Under the pieces are notes generated by a model. The model was not told the origin of the DNA. It did not search any database and saw only the letters and a program-made list of their open reading frames with translations. A stretch of 64,000 bases of DNA from Eledone cirrhosa (Eukaryota): the NCBI GenBank assembly GCA_964016885.1, contig OZ024741.1:52142001-52206000 (forward strand), given 5' to 3'. The first letter of the stretch is position 1. The number at the start of each line of letters is the position of its first letter. This document shows, one piece after another, positions 26,374 through 40,080 of this stretch. The position numbers and the translations under genes were made by a program.

Positions 26374-28341
26374 ATGGCTAATTCACCTCTGCACCAAGCA
26401 GCTGAAAGCCTTCCTCACAAATTAACACCTCACACCGACACCACCATTGTAAATGTTACTACGTTTGCCAACACTACAAAAAATATAAGAAGTAGCAATA
26501 TTTTAAATTTGTCTCAGGCAGACATTCATTTCCCGTCATTACCAATGACTGCAGGTGTTAAAGCCTCCACCACCACCACCACCACCGCGACAACAGAAAC
26601 AAAAGAAGAAAAAAATAAATTAACTCGTGATGTCGAAATGAAATCAAGCAAAATGGACTCTTCCCCACCAAAGACGACTGACGTCACCACCACCACAACT
26701 GAAACTAAAATTAATATTAACACAAATAACGATAGCAACAACAACAACAATGACATTATAAAAACCACCCTCAGTTTCGCCAGAGTAGCAAAACAGTTCG
26801 AAGCATTTACGGTAACTCAGGAGGATTTAGAAAATGCCAAACAAATGGTAAAGAAAGATGGGTACAGGGTCAGCCTCACCCCCACCTAATAAAATGGAGC
26901 ATCGGCGCCTATGCACCGTGTCGTATCGAACAATAAATGTAAAATCGCGCCGAGTGGAACGGGCATCCGAGTCCCAAATCCAAAAAGCTTTGGGACATGT
27001 GTGGGCAAGAAAAACCCACATCAGACGTGGGCAAAAGTATGGAACCGTGGACGTGTTCTTTGAAACACCAGAGGAGGCTAGAGAACACTCCATGGCCCCA
27101 TTAAGAAGTGACGACTTCACACTCGTCCCAAGCTATTGTGGCCAGGGACTCGTAAAGATCAGGGTGACCCACGTTCCACCGGCCATCGAAATTCCCTGGC
27201 TAATAGCGGCCGTCCTCGCCGGCATCGAAGCCAATACAAAAATAATAGCAATAGCAAATGAAAAGCAGGAGAACTAGTCCGGATCTGGGATGGAGCTCCT
27301 GATCCAAGCGGACCAAAAAAGCATTGAGGAGATCCCAGAGGTAATAGACCTCACTGACGGCAGCCACGTCACGGTAATTGTCGAGGGCAGAAGACCTAGG
27401 TGTGTCGTTTGTGGTGAAGGAACCCACCTAAGGGCTTTCTGCCCTCAGGCTAAAAGGTTGAGGCCACCTCTCCTACCCACCCCAGTGACACAACCATCAA
27501 CACCACCAGTAGCAGAGATGGCAGCAACAACTGTAGCAGCAACAACAGAAGCAACTATAACAGCAACAACCCCAGCAACAGTAGCAAAACCAACACCACC
27601 ACCACCACCAGCAAAACCAACACCGCCACCACCCAACGCTTCAGAACTAGCACCAGCGCCTACACCATCCACCACGCCACAACCAAAACTAACGCCTGTG
27701 GAGGATTTTCCACTCCCCGGCCTATCACAACTGGAGACAGATTGTGACGACGAGGAGTGGGAAACGATATCCGGAAAAAAAAAAGAAACCGAAAAAGAAA
27801 AAATTCTCTTCCTTCCCCCTCCAAAAACAAAATACAGAGGGAAACAAATAAACTAAGAAACAAAAAAGTTAGGACAGATATGCCACCATCCACACCAGCA
27901 TCACCAACCCCATCAACCCAAACACCAACACCATCACCATCATTAACCCCAACACCACCATCACCTTCACCACAAAAGTCACCAAAATGCGAAACAGAAA
28001 CAAGCCCACAACAAACGCAAACAAAACAAAACAACCAAAACGATACACACTACACAGCATTAAATTTGAACAACAAGCAATTATTACACTACATCCAACA
28101 CAACACCAGCATCACAGAAAAAGACTACACAACAACCCCAAAATTCACACCACCTCCACACATACAAATCACTCGCATCACACAGAAAACGTACATGACA
28201 CTAAAACAAAAATTCCCCAAAGACATCGGAAACTTCCGACAAGCACTCTCCAGGAGGATTTATAAGGACATCCTTCCTGAGGAGGCCACAAGCAGTGAAA
28301 AGGATGGAAAAACCGTTCTTCCCCTACGAGAAGTAAGGTAA
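26374..28341 (+). pseudogene. Tx1 ORF1 (CCHC zinc knuckle, Pro/Thr-rich), frameshifted
   Basis: Four ORF-track pieces; CVVCGEGTHLRAFC. Confidence 0.82.
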
Positions 28342-28375
28342 GTGGTCTTTCCCATCTTTTCCACTCCTTTTCAAC

Positions 28376-31300
28376 ATGACCTCACTCAGAATAGGCAGCA
28401 TAAATGCGCGTGGCTTGAGGTCGTCATGGAAGCAGGGCCACCTGCTCAACGACCTCAGGTCACTAAACATAGATGTAGTGTCCATCAGCGAGACCAGAAT
28501 CTCCTAAAGCACAGGCTTTCGCACCGATCTTCGGCGGCTACGATGTGTACGCATCTCCCAGCCGTCCGGGATCGGGGGGAGGAGTTGCTGTGCTTTTTCG
28601 GAGAGGTTTGGATCTTGCCATACGGGCCATCTTCCTGGACCCAGGAGGTAAGTTGGTGGTGCTGGACGTGACCAGCGGAGACGGCCAAGCTTTCAGGTTA
28701 GTGGCCGTCTATGCCCCGACAGGAGCAGGGCGGCCTGATTTCTTCCGGCGTCTGGAGACCTTTCTTGGAACGTCCCGCTCTTTAGTGTTAGTGGGCGACT
28801 GGAACGGGATCTTAGATGCACGCTGGGATTGTGTGGGATTAGTGGATAGGGAAGGAGGGTGCAAGAGTCTCACCAACCTGCTCAGACGTTTTAACTGTCT
28901 GACAGGTACCGAATGGATTTCCCGAATGTACCAATGTGGACTTGGACAAATCGCATAGGGTCATCCAGATCATATCTAGATAGAGTATTTTGTAGGGAAA
29001 TAGATAGGTCTAGCATAGGCTGTCCACAATTCAAGATAGTCAGCTACACGGACCACAAATTCGTGATCTGTGTGCTTGACTTAGATAGGCTTCATAGACG
29101 AGGACCCGGCTACTGGAAGCTAAACGCGTCGTTACCAGCACGCAAGGCCTACAGAGACCGGATTAGCGAACTAATTAAGCGGGCGTTGACGGGGGCCATC
29201 GTCAACAACAAGTGGTGGTTTGCTCTGAAAAGAGCAATTAGAATAGAGTCCATTAGGTTTAGTAAGACTTTAGCAATAGAGAAAAATAGAGCAGAGGGAG
29301 AATTAGTTAGAAAATTAGATGAGGCGCTTAGCAAAGGCATCGCGACCGACGTACTTGCGGCGAAATTGGCCCTTGACCAATTCTTCAATGCAAAGCACGA
29401 AGGCTGCGTTGTCAGAGCTAGGGTGCGTGCTCTCAGACACGAGGGGACGAAAGCCGTTCAATGGGCCCGAGTGGCAGAGGCGCGTCGTGGCAACAAAGCC
29501 ACGATCCGGTCTTTGGTAGACCACGACAGGCGCATGCTACTCGATCCCGGGCAAATGTGTGAAGCTTTTCAGCGACACTTCGCTCAACTGTTCGGGGGCA
29601 GTGGCGGGCCGGATCGAGGGATGGACTTTAGTGTCTACCTCGACGGACTGCCGCAGCTTTCGGCCACTGAGGCGGAGTGTTGCGAAAAGCCGATAACAAG
29701 CGCTGAAGTACGGGATGCAATGACTAGTTGCACAAGGGGTAAATCGCCTGGTTTAGATGGTCTGCCCTATGAACTTTACGTACAAATGCCAAACTTGTTC
29801 GGAGGCCTCTTGGCGGACGTCTACTGCAACTGGCAACAGAACGGGAGAATTCCCAACTCTGTGAGCCGAGGAGCGGTGGCGCTGCTGAGAAAGGATCCGA
29901 ACAAGGGGGATAACATAGATAATTTTAGGCCCATAACTCTGCTAAACACAGAGTTCAAGATTTTGGCCAAGGTGCTAGCAAAGAGGTTGGCGCTTGTCGT
30001 TGGTGGTCTGGTGGGAGAGGCACAGACATGCGCCATTCCCGACAGATCCATTCACGACAACCTCCACCTCATGCGATACATCGTAGAGAGGGTAGCTAGG
30101 GAACCTGGCACGGGTGGGTCTTTGATCAATTTAGATCAGTCGAAAGCCTTCGATAGGCTCGACCATCGTTACCTAGCGGCAGTCCTGAGGGTGGCTGGCT
30201 TTGGGCCCGTCTTCAGAGGCTGGATCGCTGCCATGCACAGCGACATATGCTCTGTAGTGAGAGTGAACGGTCACCTTTCGGAACCGTTTAACATCATGCG
30301 CTCGGTCCGCCAAGGATGTCCCCTCTCGTCCCTATTGTACGTATTGACTCTCGAGCCATTACTGCACAAACTGGAGACGTTGAGGGGGGTCCCGCGCGAA
30401 CTAGGATGCGGAAGATCCGTGTCAGCATATGCCGACGATGTCACCGTAGTGGTGTCGAACGCCAAACACATCGAGGCGATCGGCACTACACTAAGAGAAT
30501 ACGAAGCGGTGACAGGAGCAATGATGAACCAGGAAAAGTCAGTGGGCCTGCAGCTCGGCACCTGGAGAGGCAGGTCCATGCCGTCCAACAGCGTCGTCGG
30601 GCGCTGGACGGACGGACCGGTTAAATTGCTAGGGGTCTGGTTCGGTCCAGACCTCCAGACGGACAAAAACTGGGACGAGGTGACGAGCAGGGTGGCTCCT
30701 CTCACCCAGAAATGGGCCGAGAGGAAGCTATCCCTGAAAGGTCGAGTGGAGGTGGCGAATGCGTACATCGCATCCGTCATCTACTACCGCCTGACCGTCG
30801 TACCTTGTCCTAAGCCCCGCCTGACGGCGCTGGAGCGTTTGCTCTTTCGCTTCTTGTGGAAGGGACGCGCTCCGATGGTCAGGCGGTCCATCTGCTGTCA
30901 ACACCCGCTACGTGGAGGGCTGGGCATGCCGTGGCTGATGATGCGCAGACACGCGCTCAGGCTACGACATCTCCACCTCTTCCTCGACGGTGATCAGGTG
31001 TGGTCGCCGTTTGCTAGACGCGTTTTTCCCAGCTCGTCTCCTTGACGGAGCTGCAGTCCTGGGTCAAACGAAGACCGAGAGGGAGCGCTTGGAGACAGGA
31101 ATTTCTTCAGGCGCTCACAGCCCTCGACCAATCGGGAAATGTGATCGGTGGAAACTCCACCTTGGCGTTCTATAGGGGATTAGTGGAGGGGAAGATCGAC
31201 GACGTACTTGGAGAAACTCTAGGTGTCGACGAAAATCACCTAGCCAATGTCTTCGGAAGGACTTTCGGGCCGGGGCCTATGGACAACTTCCAGAAATCCC

Positions 31301-31794
31301 TGGCCTGGCAGTGCTACCGAGGAGCCTTGCCAATTCGGGATAAACTCTACAGGCATGGAAGTGCCGTCAGCCGGGCATGTCCGAGATGCGCGCAGGGCGA
31401 CGAAACCGTCCTGCACGCACTCGTCCAGTGTCCGAGCATTGCTGACTTGTGGGTTTATGTCGAACACCTGCTGTCACGTGTAGGACGGATCCAGCTATCA
31501 GCTGAGTCCATCGTGAGAATTGCCCCGCCCCCTTCCATTAGCCGGGAAGGGCAGGCAGTTTTTATCTGTCTGGTGGCCATGGCGAAAGAGATAGTATGGT
31601 GGACACGTTTGAAAGGGCTGAAGACGAGCACTTACCTCTTCGGTGATGCCCTGATTAACTTTTTCAAATTTCATTTGAAAAGGAAAATCAGGGTAGAGAG
31701 GGAAGTGTTCTATTCCCAGCATTTTGTTGAAAGATGGGTGAGAGAAGCAAGTATGGCCCGAATGAATGGGCCTACTCTGAGTATGTGTCTGTAA
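28376..31794 (+). pseudogene. Tx1 ORF2: AP endonuclease, RT and zf-RVT, about 3 frameshifts
   Basis: MTSLRIGSINARGL, LVGDWN, SYLDR, TDHK, FRPITLLNTEFKILAK, RQGCPLS, YADD, CPRCAQGDETVLHALVQC. Confidence 0.92.
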
Positions 31795-32038
31795 ATTAAA
31801 GGTGGAAAACTGGGAGAGGGCACTTGCCCTGGTGGTCAGGGCCACTGTGGTCTTTTAATGGGCTTTCTCCACAAATGTCCCTCGGAAGTCTCCCCCCTAT
31901 TGGGGAATTTTTCTTTGTTATTTTATTTCAAACTCCGTTTTTTTTTACACGCAGAAATGCCCATTTGTACCGTCCTGTATTGTCCTGTACTGTCCTTAAT
32001 GTCTACTTTATGTAAACCCTTGTGGTCAATAAAGAAAA

Positions 32039-32093
<55 letters not shown>

Positions 32094-32095
<2 letters not shown>

Positions 32096-35000
32096 TCTTT
32101 GAGTCTCAGTCATTGATATTAGTTAACTGGAAAGTTTGTTGAGATGAATATCAAGCCACTACCTGCAGCCTCAGATATTCAGGACGTATCAGAGGGTTCT
32201 TGCTGTTCCCAGCAAGCATGCTTTTTGAAGCGTTCCAAAAAGCGTGAAGGGGCCAATTTTCTTTAAACATCTCTGGAAACTTTTTGAGATAGTCCCTAGT
32301 GCGCCTATGACAATCGGGATCACTTTGACTTCATGGAAGTTCCAAATCCATTTTACCTCCCACTTTAAGTCCTGGTATCGGTTAATTTTCTCCCTCTCCT
32401 TCTCTTGCACTCTCGTGTCGAATGGGCAGGCCACATCCACAATCAGGCACGATCTTTTTTCTTTGTGCAAAACCACCAGGTCAGGTCTATTGTGTTCCAG
32501 TTTCTTGTCCGTCTGTATCCTAAAATCCCACAGCACCTTCACCTGATCGTTTTCTATCACCGCCTCTGGCTTATGCTCATACCACTTCTCAGAATGTCGT
32601 AAATTGTTTACTTTGCATAGGTGCCAGTGGATCACCCTGCCCATCACATCATGTCTCCAGCCCTTATAGTGAGTCTAGGCTAGGTGTTTACACTCGGATA
32701 CAATGTGAGCCACAGTCTCCTCTCTCTCTCCACAGATCCTGCACAGTGGGCTAGACTCCTCCTTGTAAATATGGTGTTTCAACCACTTCGTTTTGAGGGC
32801 CTGCTCTTGCGCAGCCATTAACATTCCTTTTGTAGCCTTTTTAAGGTCTTCTCTTTTCAACTAGTTCCATGTCTGTTGATCTCTAAATTCAGTTTTCTCA
32901 AAGAAGGTACTATGAAGGGATTTTTCCTGAAGGCTGCTCTTTCTCCTTGATGTTATTTCCTCCTTGGACATCCCCTGGCCTATTGTCCCCTCCTTCAGTA
33001 CAGTTCTGAGCATTGGCTCCTTACTATCAGTCACGTATTTGTGTAGGTTGTTTTTCTCCATCTGAACACAGTCCTCTATGCTGATAAGACCTCTTCCACC
33101 TTCAGATCTCCTTAAGTAGAGTCTATCGACATCACTCCTCTTGTGGAACATGTTGTAGATAGTCAATAGCTTCCTAGTCTTCCTATCCATTTATTTTTGT
33201 TCAGCAACATTCCATCTCAGAATTCCCGCACTGTACCTAATAATAGACACAGCTCGGGAATTTACTGCACTTATGGCTTTCCTACTGTTCAGATGTGACT
33301 TTAATACGCTCCTTACTCTCCGAATGTATTCAGTTCTTATCAATTCCTTCATTTTTTTGTTCTTGATGTCATCAGCCTCCAGAACGCCCAAATACTTGTA
33401 TCCTTCTTCAGAGTCAATTTCCTTTATCATCTCACCTGTTGGTACCTGGATTCCGTTACTTCTGCTCAACTTACCCCTCTTCATCACAATGACTCCACAC
33501 TTACTAATACCAAATTGCATACATATATCATTGCTGAAAATACGGACAGTGTCAACAAGCACATCCAACTCCTTCTCACTCTTCCCGAAGAGCTTAAGAT
33601 CGTCCATGAAGAGGAGGTGATTGATGGTAAGCCCTCCCTTTCCCAACCTGTATCCTGCTCTCACTTTTCGCAGTACACTGGTCAGGGGCATCAGGGCAAG
33701 GACAAACAACAGAGGGGACAGACTATCACCCTGGAAGATACCTCTCTTGATCTTCACGCGTCCCAACGATTCTCCAGTGGATGTTAACTCTGTTTGCCAG
33801 GACTTCATACTTTTGCCCAACAACTGTCTGTTGTTATCCGCCACCTTGAAGATCTCCAGGCTTTTGGTGATCCAAGAATGAGGGACCATGTCAAATGCCT
33901 TTTTGTAGTCTATCCATCCCATGGCAAGACCAGTGTGTCTCCTCTTGCAATTCCTCATTACCATCTTATCAATAAGTAACTGGTCCTTTGTACCACGTGA
34001 CTTCTTTCGGCATCCTTTCTGTTCGTCCGGTAACAAGTTGTTTGTGTGGAGGTGATGGTAGATTTCCTCAGACATAATGCTTGTCAACAGTTTCCACATT
34101 ACGGACAGACATGTGATAGGTCTATAGTTGGTAACATCATTACCCTTGATTCGGTCTTTCATTATCAGAACTGTGGTACCTTTTGTCAACCACTCTGGTA
34201 CCTCACCTGACATCAAGCAGTCATTGAACATGGTTGTCAGTTTCGGGTGGAGGGATGTTATATGTTTAATCCAATACACACCATCTGGGCCTGGTGATTT
34301 CCAGTTGGTTAGTTTTTTGGCCTGCCCCTTAAGAGTTTCAACTGTGATACTCAAATCAGTTTGTTGGTGTGCCTGTTCACTAATCTCCTTCTGTACTGTC
34401 TCAATCCACACCGCCTGATCATTATGTTTAACATCCTGCTCCCATATTCCTCTCCAGAATGTTTTAGTTTGTTCCGCCTCAGGGATCAAGTCGTTGCCTC
34501 TTTCTTTCCCTTCAAGCTGTCCAAACAGCATCTTCTGGTTGTTGTCGAACATGCGGTTCTGTCTATACTGACTGACTCTGTTCTCGTATCGCCTGATTTT
34601 TGGACTCTTTGCTACAATGCGTTGCTTCAGTTCCTCTATGATAATAATTAGCTTTTTCCTCCTAGTTTTGTACTTTATTTCCAGTATATTTTTAGTGTCT
34701 ATGTTTTTTAGTGTCCCATTCAGTAGGGACTCAAGCTTTCCAATGTCATTTCTCATTTCCCTGATTTGACCACTCAGTCGTTTCTTCCACCAATGCTCTG
34801 CTCTTTCTTGTCTGTTGTTTCCTCTCGGTTTTATACCAAGTAGTTTCCTCACCGTATTTGCTGTTGCTTTGAGGATATTGTTGCACTGGTGAAGGCTCCT
34901 CGCCTCAAAGTATGGGATGACTTTGTTTACCTTAGCTGTTGTTTCTTTTAACTTTTTCCTGTCTACAAATCTTAGGTTCATAGGTCTCCCACTATCATTG

Positions 35001-35650
35001 TTCAATTCATCTACCACTAAGTTTAGGATATCAACCAAATCTTGTCCTAGCCCGTCAGCATTCATCGCCTCAGTGGCCGTATCTCTGTTCCAGGTATTAT
35101 TTATCTCAGCATTCAGATCATTGTCTGCTTCGGGTGGTTCCTCCGTTCTCTCGACCTCTTCACCTTCATTTCCCACTGTCTCGTTTGCCTGGCATACTCC
35201 ACCCTCCATTTCCAAGCTGATCTCTCTGCTCAGTTCCTCCAGTTCCAGCTCGCTTATCCACCCATTAGTTCTTATTACCCGAGCCTGCCCGGCCAATTTT
35301 TGTTCATCTAATTTAAATAGACCAATCTCGTTCCAGATGTTATGCATCCGTTTCCTATAGCCTTTCTCCTTGGGGTTACTCTTCAGGTAACATTACATAA
35401 CAGTTCTATTCAATTCTTTTGTCCAGTTGGTTCTGGTCCCTTTCCTTCTTCTTCTTCCTCCGACACCAGCAGTATTTGGTTGACAGCCAGGTCCCTGCTG
35501 CTGAGCCAGGGAGCACCTGTTGGGTGAGAGTATGTCACATGACATTCTAGTCTCCATTTCACCGTTATTCGAACTGTTTAGGTTCGACATTTAAACACTC
35601 TTATCGAGGATTGGCGAATGTATGGTTACATAACCACCGGTGAATTCATC
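32094..35650 (-). mobile_element. R4/Dong-clade non-LTR retrotransposon, near full length, 3' end in (TAA)n
   Basis: Single ORF with RT, CCHC and restriction-like endonuclease. The 5' boundary is approximate. Confidence 0.9.
32189..35590 (-). pseudogene. R4/Dong ORF (RT + CCHC + RLE) with 4 in-frame stops
   Basis: NYRPITCL, QGDSLSPLLF, HLLFMDDLKL, CRICGEREETVAHIVSEC, RHD, NRPDLV...IVDVACP. All five ORF-track pieces share one frame. Confidence 0.92.
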
Positions 35651-37042
35651 GCCTTTGGTAGTTTTGTCACTCCACGTGATTTTTGTGTGGCATTATCACG
35701 CTGTAGACGAACATAAATAAACAAACAAATAAACAGGCAACCCCCCCCCCCCCCCCCCAATGAATAAGCATAAGTTTCATTGTAATGTAGTGTTTGAATG
35801 TCTGACTTAGTTTTTCCCTTCCCTTCTCTGTCCGTCTGTTTGTTTTTCTCTTCATTTCTATTTTCTTTACGTTTTTCGTTGTTGCTGTGCTGCTTTGATT
35901 TTGATTTTTGTTTTTCTAATTTTGACCGGGTCATCAATTCAGTCTATTTATATATTTTGATGCCTTCCTCTTTTAGGGGGATTCTACAATGTAGCAGGGG
36001 GTAGCGGGAGAGAATAGCGGCGGTAGTGATAATGAGGCAGCGGTGGCGGTGGTGGTGGCGGTGCTGTGCTAGCAGCAACTAGCAAGAGGTAGTGGGAGAG
36101 AGTAGCGGCGGTAGCGATAACGAGGCAGTGGTGGTGGTGATTTGATCGTAGTACTGTAGTGATGGTGTTGAAGTTGGAGTAGAAATAGCGTTCGAGTCGA
36201 CTTGACCAGAGTTTTGATCGTGGTAGTGGTGGTGGTGTTGGTGGTGAAATTATTGGTAAAATTATCTTTAGTTATTTAGTCATTTTGTCATTTTCCTCCT
36301 TTTCGACTCTAACATTCCTGATCCAAAATTAAATATTAATCTTGTTTATTAATATTGTCTAGTGATACCGCCATCTTCCCCTTTCGTAAGTTAACAGAAG
36401 GTAATGGGGGGATAGCGGTGGTAGCACTGAAGGAGTGGTGGCGGCGGTGATAGGATAGTGGTAGTAATGATGGATGGGCGGCGGCGGCGGTGACTGTAGT
36501 GATGGCGTTGTCGTTACTGAGTTTTGTTGAATAGACTGTATTTTGTTTGATCGGTGAATCTATGGGGTTAGCCACGTATATGTGTTGACATATTTTCTTA
36601 ATATTGGAATTAAACATTTTGTTTAATAATAGCAATTATTATTATTATGCTGAGATTGGTGGTGGTGGTGATGAAATTGCCGTTATCTGGCTGTTGTGTT
36701 TAGTATACACAGATGGATGATGGGGTAGGTGGTGTATCTAGTTTCTGGTGTTGGTGAAATTGCTGTTGTTTGGCTGTTCTATATAGTGTAGACAGAGGGG
36801 GTTTTCTTCCATTTATAACCATTTTCTTTTTTTAATATAAAATGTATAATACAAAATTGAATATTTGAGCGATATAACAATATATTATGGATCCGAATTT
36901 TTTTGGGGCTTAAGCCGGATTCTTTATGTATCATTTGTACTAAGAATTATTATTTCACAATTGATTTAAATATGTTAAAAATCAAAAGTTACGGGAGCGA
37001 TTTTACGACCTCCTATCCACCATGTGCGTCTTCTTCCCTATA

Positions 37043-37116
<74 letters not shown>

Positions 37117-37117
<1 letters not shown>

Positions 37118-37319
37118 AGTTGCATTTATCTTGCTTTATGTTCATACGAGTTATCACCAAGTCACAACCAGTGACTTCAAGAGACAACAAGGTCCGCCAT
37201 GTTCAAGAAAGAACATACATACTCACACATGCATCTTTAGTGTTTAGACTTGTGATGTACTTATATTGACAGAATCTTCCTTAGTATATGGGCAGTTCCC
37301 ATTAGTACTATCTTTTGTA

Positions 37320-37322
<3 letters not shown>
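37117..37322 (-). mobile_element. 5'-truncated R4/Dong 3' end between two (ATT)n tracts
   Basis: IQKIVLMGTAHILRKILSI* is homologous to LQKACLLGTARTL at ~32200. Confidence 0.8.
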
Positions 37323-37380
<58 letters not shown>

Positions 37381-37828
37381 TTTTCTTAAAGATACTCCTT
37401 CAACTTCTAAGCCCTTTCTATACATAGTCTTACCCCCTCCACCCCCTATTCCTATGACCATTATATCCTTTCTCCTCCTAATCCACTCACACTACTTCCT
37501 TCAGCTGACCACTTGCCTGTGGAGATATCCTAGCATTCTGTGGTCCCACCTCCGTCTTCTCTATCAGCCCAGTTTACTACTATGATAAATTCTACCAAAA
37601 CACTACCAGGACTAGCGATATTACTACACACCCTACAAATATTATTACACCTTTGAAAAGGTTTGCTGAACACTCAAGCCGAAACCACTTAGTGCCTCGG
37701 TTGGGATTTTGCCTATCTCTATAACCACTATGATTCTCCTCGTGCAATGAGCACTGTCATGATTAGTGGTCTCCCCGGCCTCAGTAACACAGACATACAC
37801 ACAAATACACACACACACACACACTCTC

Positions 37829-37911
<83 letters not shown>

Positions 37912-38122
37912 TACTCAGGTAATACATGTATATATGTATATATAATTACCCCCCCCCCCCCACACTCACACATACACACACACATATGTATATATATAAT
38001 TCTTTGTGTCGATATTTCTATACACATTACATTGTGTTGGATTACTATCATGCGCGCAAGTTCGTATGCGTATATACACACACAGACACACAGACACAGA
38101 CACAGACACAGACACACACACA

Positions 38123-38278
<156 letters not shown>

Positions 38279-38564
38279 AAGCTTATTGTTTTAAGCAAAC
38301 AGTATTATTGATTTAGGTGTCGCAGAAACCCTGTACTGGATTATACCATCAATTCCAAGGGGTCCGGGTGAATATGTCATTTATTTTGTCTGACCTGTTT
38401 AGTTTGACTCGATTTTTGGCTTAGGTGGTTAATGGCTTCTTGACCGCCTACTAAGTTTGTATGGCCTTTATAACCTATGTCTCTTTAGCTCATGGAGCGT
38501 TTGCCAGCATGACTCGGAATTTGCGTTTCACTTTTTCTACCCACCGAAATGCGATTCTCGCTGA

Positions 38565-38641
<77 letters not shown>

Positions 38642-39092
38642 AAAAATGGCATGTTGCGTGGTTGCACATGGGTTAGATAGGAATAAAATTAGTCCTTCAT
38701 CAGTGATCTTCCAACCTTCATTGGTATTTCATCGCTTTAAAGATCATATACCTCTGGTTGGTGCGAGCAATAACTAAAGAAAGTTATTGGGACATGTAAA
38801 ATAGGGTGAAGCGAGCGAGACATGTAAACAAACGGAGATGGTAATGCAACGGAAAGATAGGAAGAGAAGAGACAAGTCCGTGATATCTATGAACTTAAGC
38901 TGGGTGAAATCATAGATGAGAGGTATATATGTGTGTGTGTATGTGTGTATACTAGCACACACCTACATATTGCATGTTCCCTTATATAAGTTCATCTATA
39001 TATCTATCTATCTATCTATTTATTTATTTATCTACCTATTTCCCTTTCTCTTTTTCTCTCTTTCCTTTTTTCTTTCTTTCTTTCTCTTTGTA

Positions 39093-39138
<46 letters not shown>

Positions 39139-39210
39139 TAGCGAAACAAACGGTTATTAAACAATTTTCTAAATAAATTAAAAAATGATTAAATAATCAC
39201 CTGTTCAGAT

Positions 39211-39291
39211 GCTGTTACCGACGGTTTCATCATTCCGAAAGATTGGAAATCCAACGAATTTCCAATGGAAAGAAATGAATCTTCAGACAGC
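39211..39291 (-). ncRNA. Hammerhead ribozyme motif (inverted copy)
   Basis: Reverse complement of 39821-39901. Confidence 0.78.
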
Positions 39292-39820
39292 CCTATTTCC
39301 ACGCTATAAGGTATAGCAAGTAAATATTATGCTCCCTGCCCAACGCATGCGGTCAAGCCGTTAAAGTGACACACACGCAAATCAGGTCGCTGATAAAAGC
39401 TGGATATTATAAACATGCGGAATGATGAAACCGTCGGTAACAGCATCTGAACAGGTGATTATTTAATCATTTTTTAATTTATTTAGAAAATTGTTTAATA
39501 ACCGTTTGTTTCGCTACTTTTATATTGTTCTGGTATCTCGAATTAGTGCCATTGAACCACATGTATTATAAACAACTTGAATATTTCTACAAGTACATTG
39601 TACCTGTTGAAGTATCCATCCACTTCTATAATTTATTCTCCTTACGTAGAGAACAAAACGTTGAATAATGCTGCTAATTTTAGTGGCAATTCGACATGTT
39701 TATAATATCCAGCTTTTATCAGCGACCTGATTTGCGTGTGTGTCACTTTAACGGCTTGACCGCATGCGTTGGGCAGGGAGCATAATATTTACTTGCTATA
39801 CCTTATAGCGTGGAAATAGG

Positions 39821-39901
39821 GCTGTCTGAAGATTCATTTCTTTCCATTGGAAATTCGTTGGATTTCCAATCTTTCGGAATGATGAAACCGTCGGTAACAG
39901 C
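39821..39901 (+). ncRNA. Type I hammerhead ribozyme motif with long stem II
   Basis: gctgt-CTGAAGA-t-tcatttc...attggaaatt(cgttg)gatttccaat...ggaatga-t-GAAA-ccgtcgg-TA-acagc. Confidence 0.8.
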
Positions 39902-40080
39902 ATCTGAACAGGTGATTATTTAATCATTTTTTAATTTATTTAGAAAATTGTTTAATAACCGTTTGTTTCGCTACTTTTATATTGTTCTGGTATCTCGAAT
40001 TAGTGCCATTGAACCACATGTATTATAAACAACTTGAATATTTCTACAAGTACATTGTACCTGTTGAAGTATCCATCCAC

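Larger units (their letters stand above)
26167..32039 (+). mobile_element. Full-length L1/Tx1-clade LINE flanked by (ATT)n on both sides
   Basis: 5' UTR, ORF1, ORF2 (APE-RT-zf) and a 3' UTR with aataaa. Confidence 0.93.

Noticed and set aside
35595-35720. HDV-like ribozyme at the R4 5' end
   Set aside because: Hairpins are present, but I found no consistent P1-P4 topology by eye.
38690-38730. CTGATGA on the minus strand as a hammerhead
   Set aside because: No correctly placed GAAA/UH, and the core is not conserved in sister copies.
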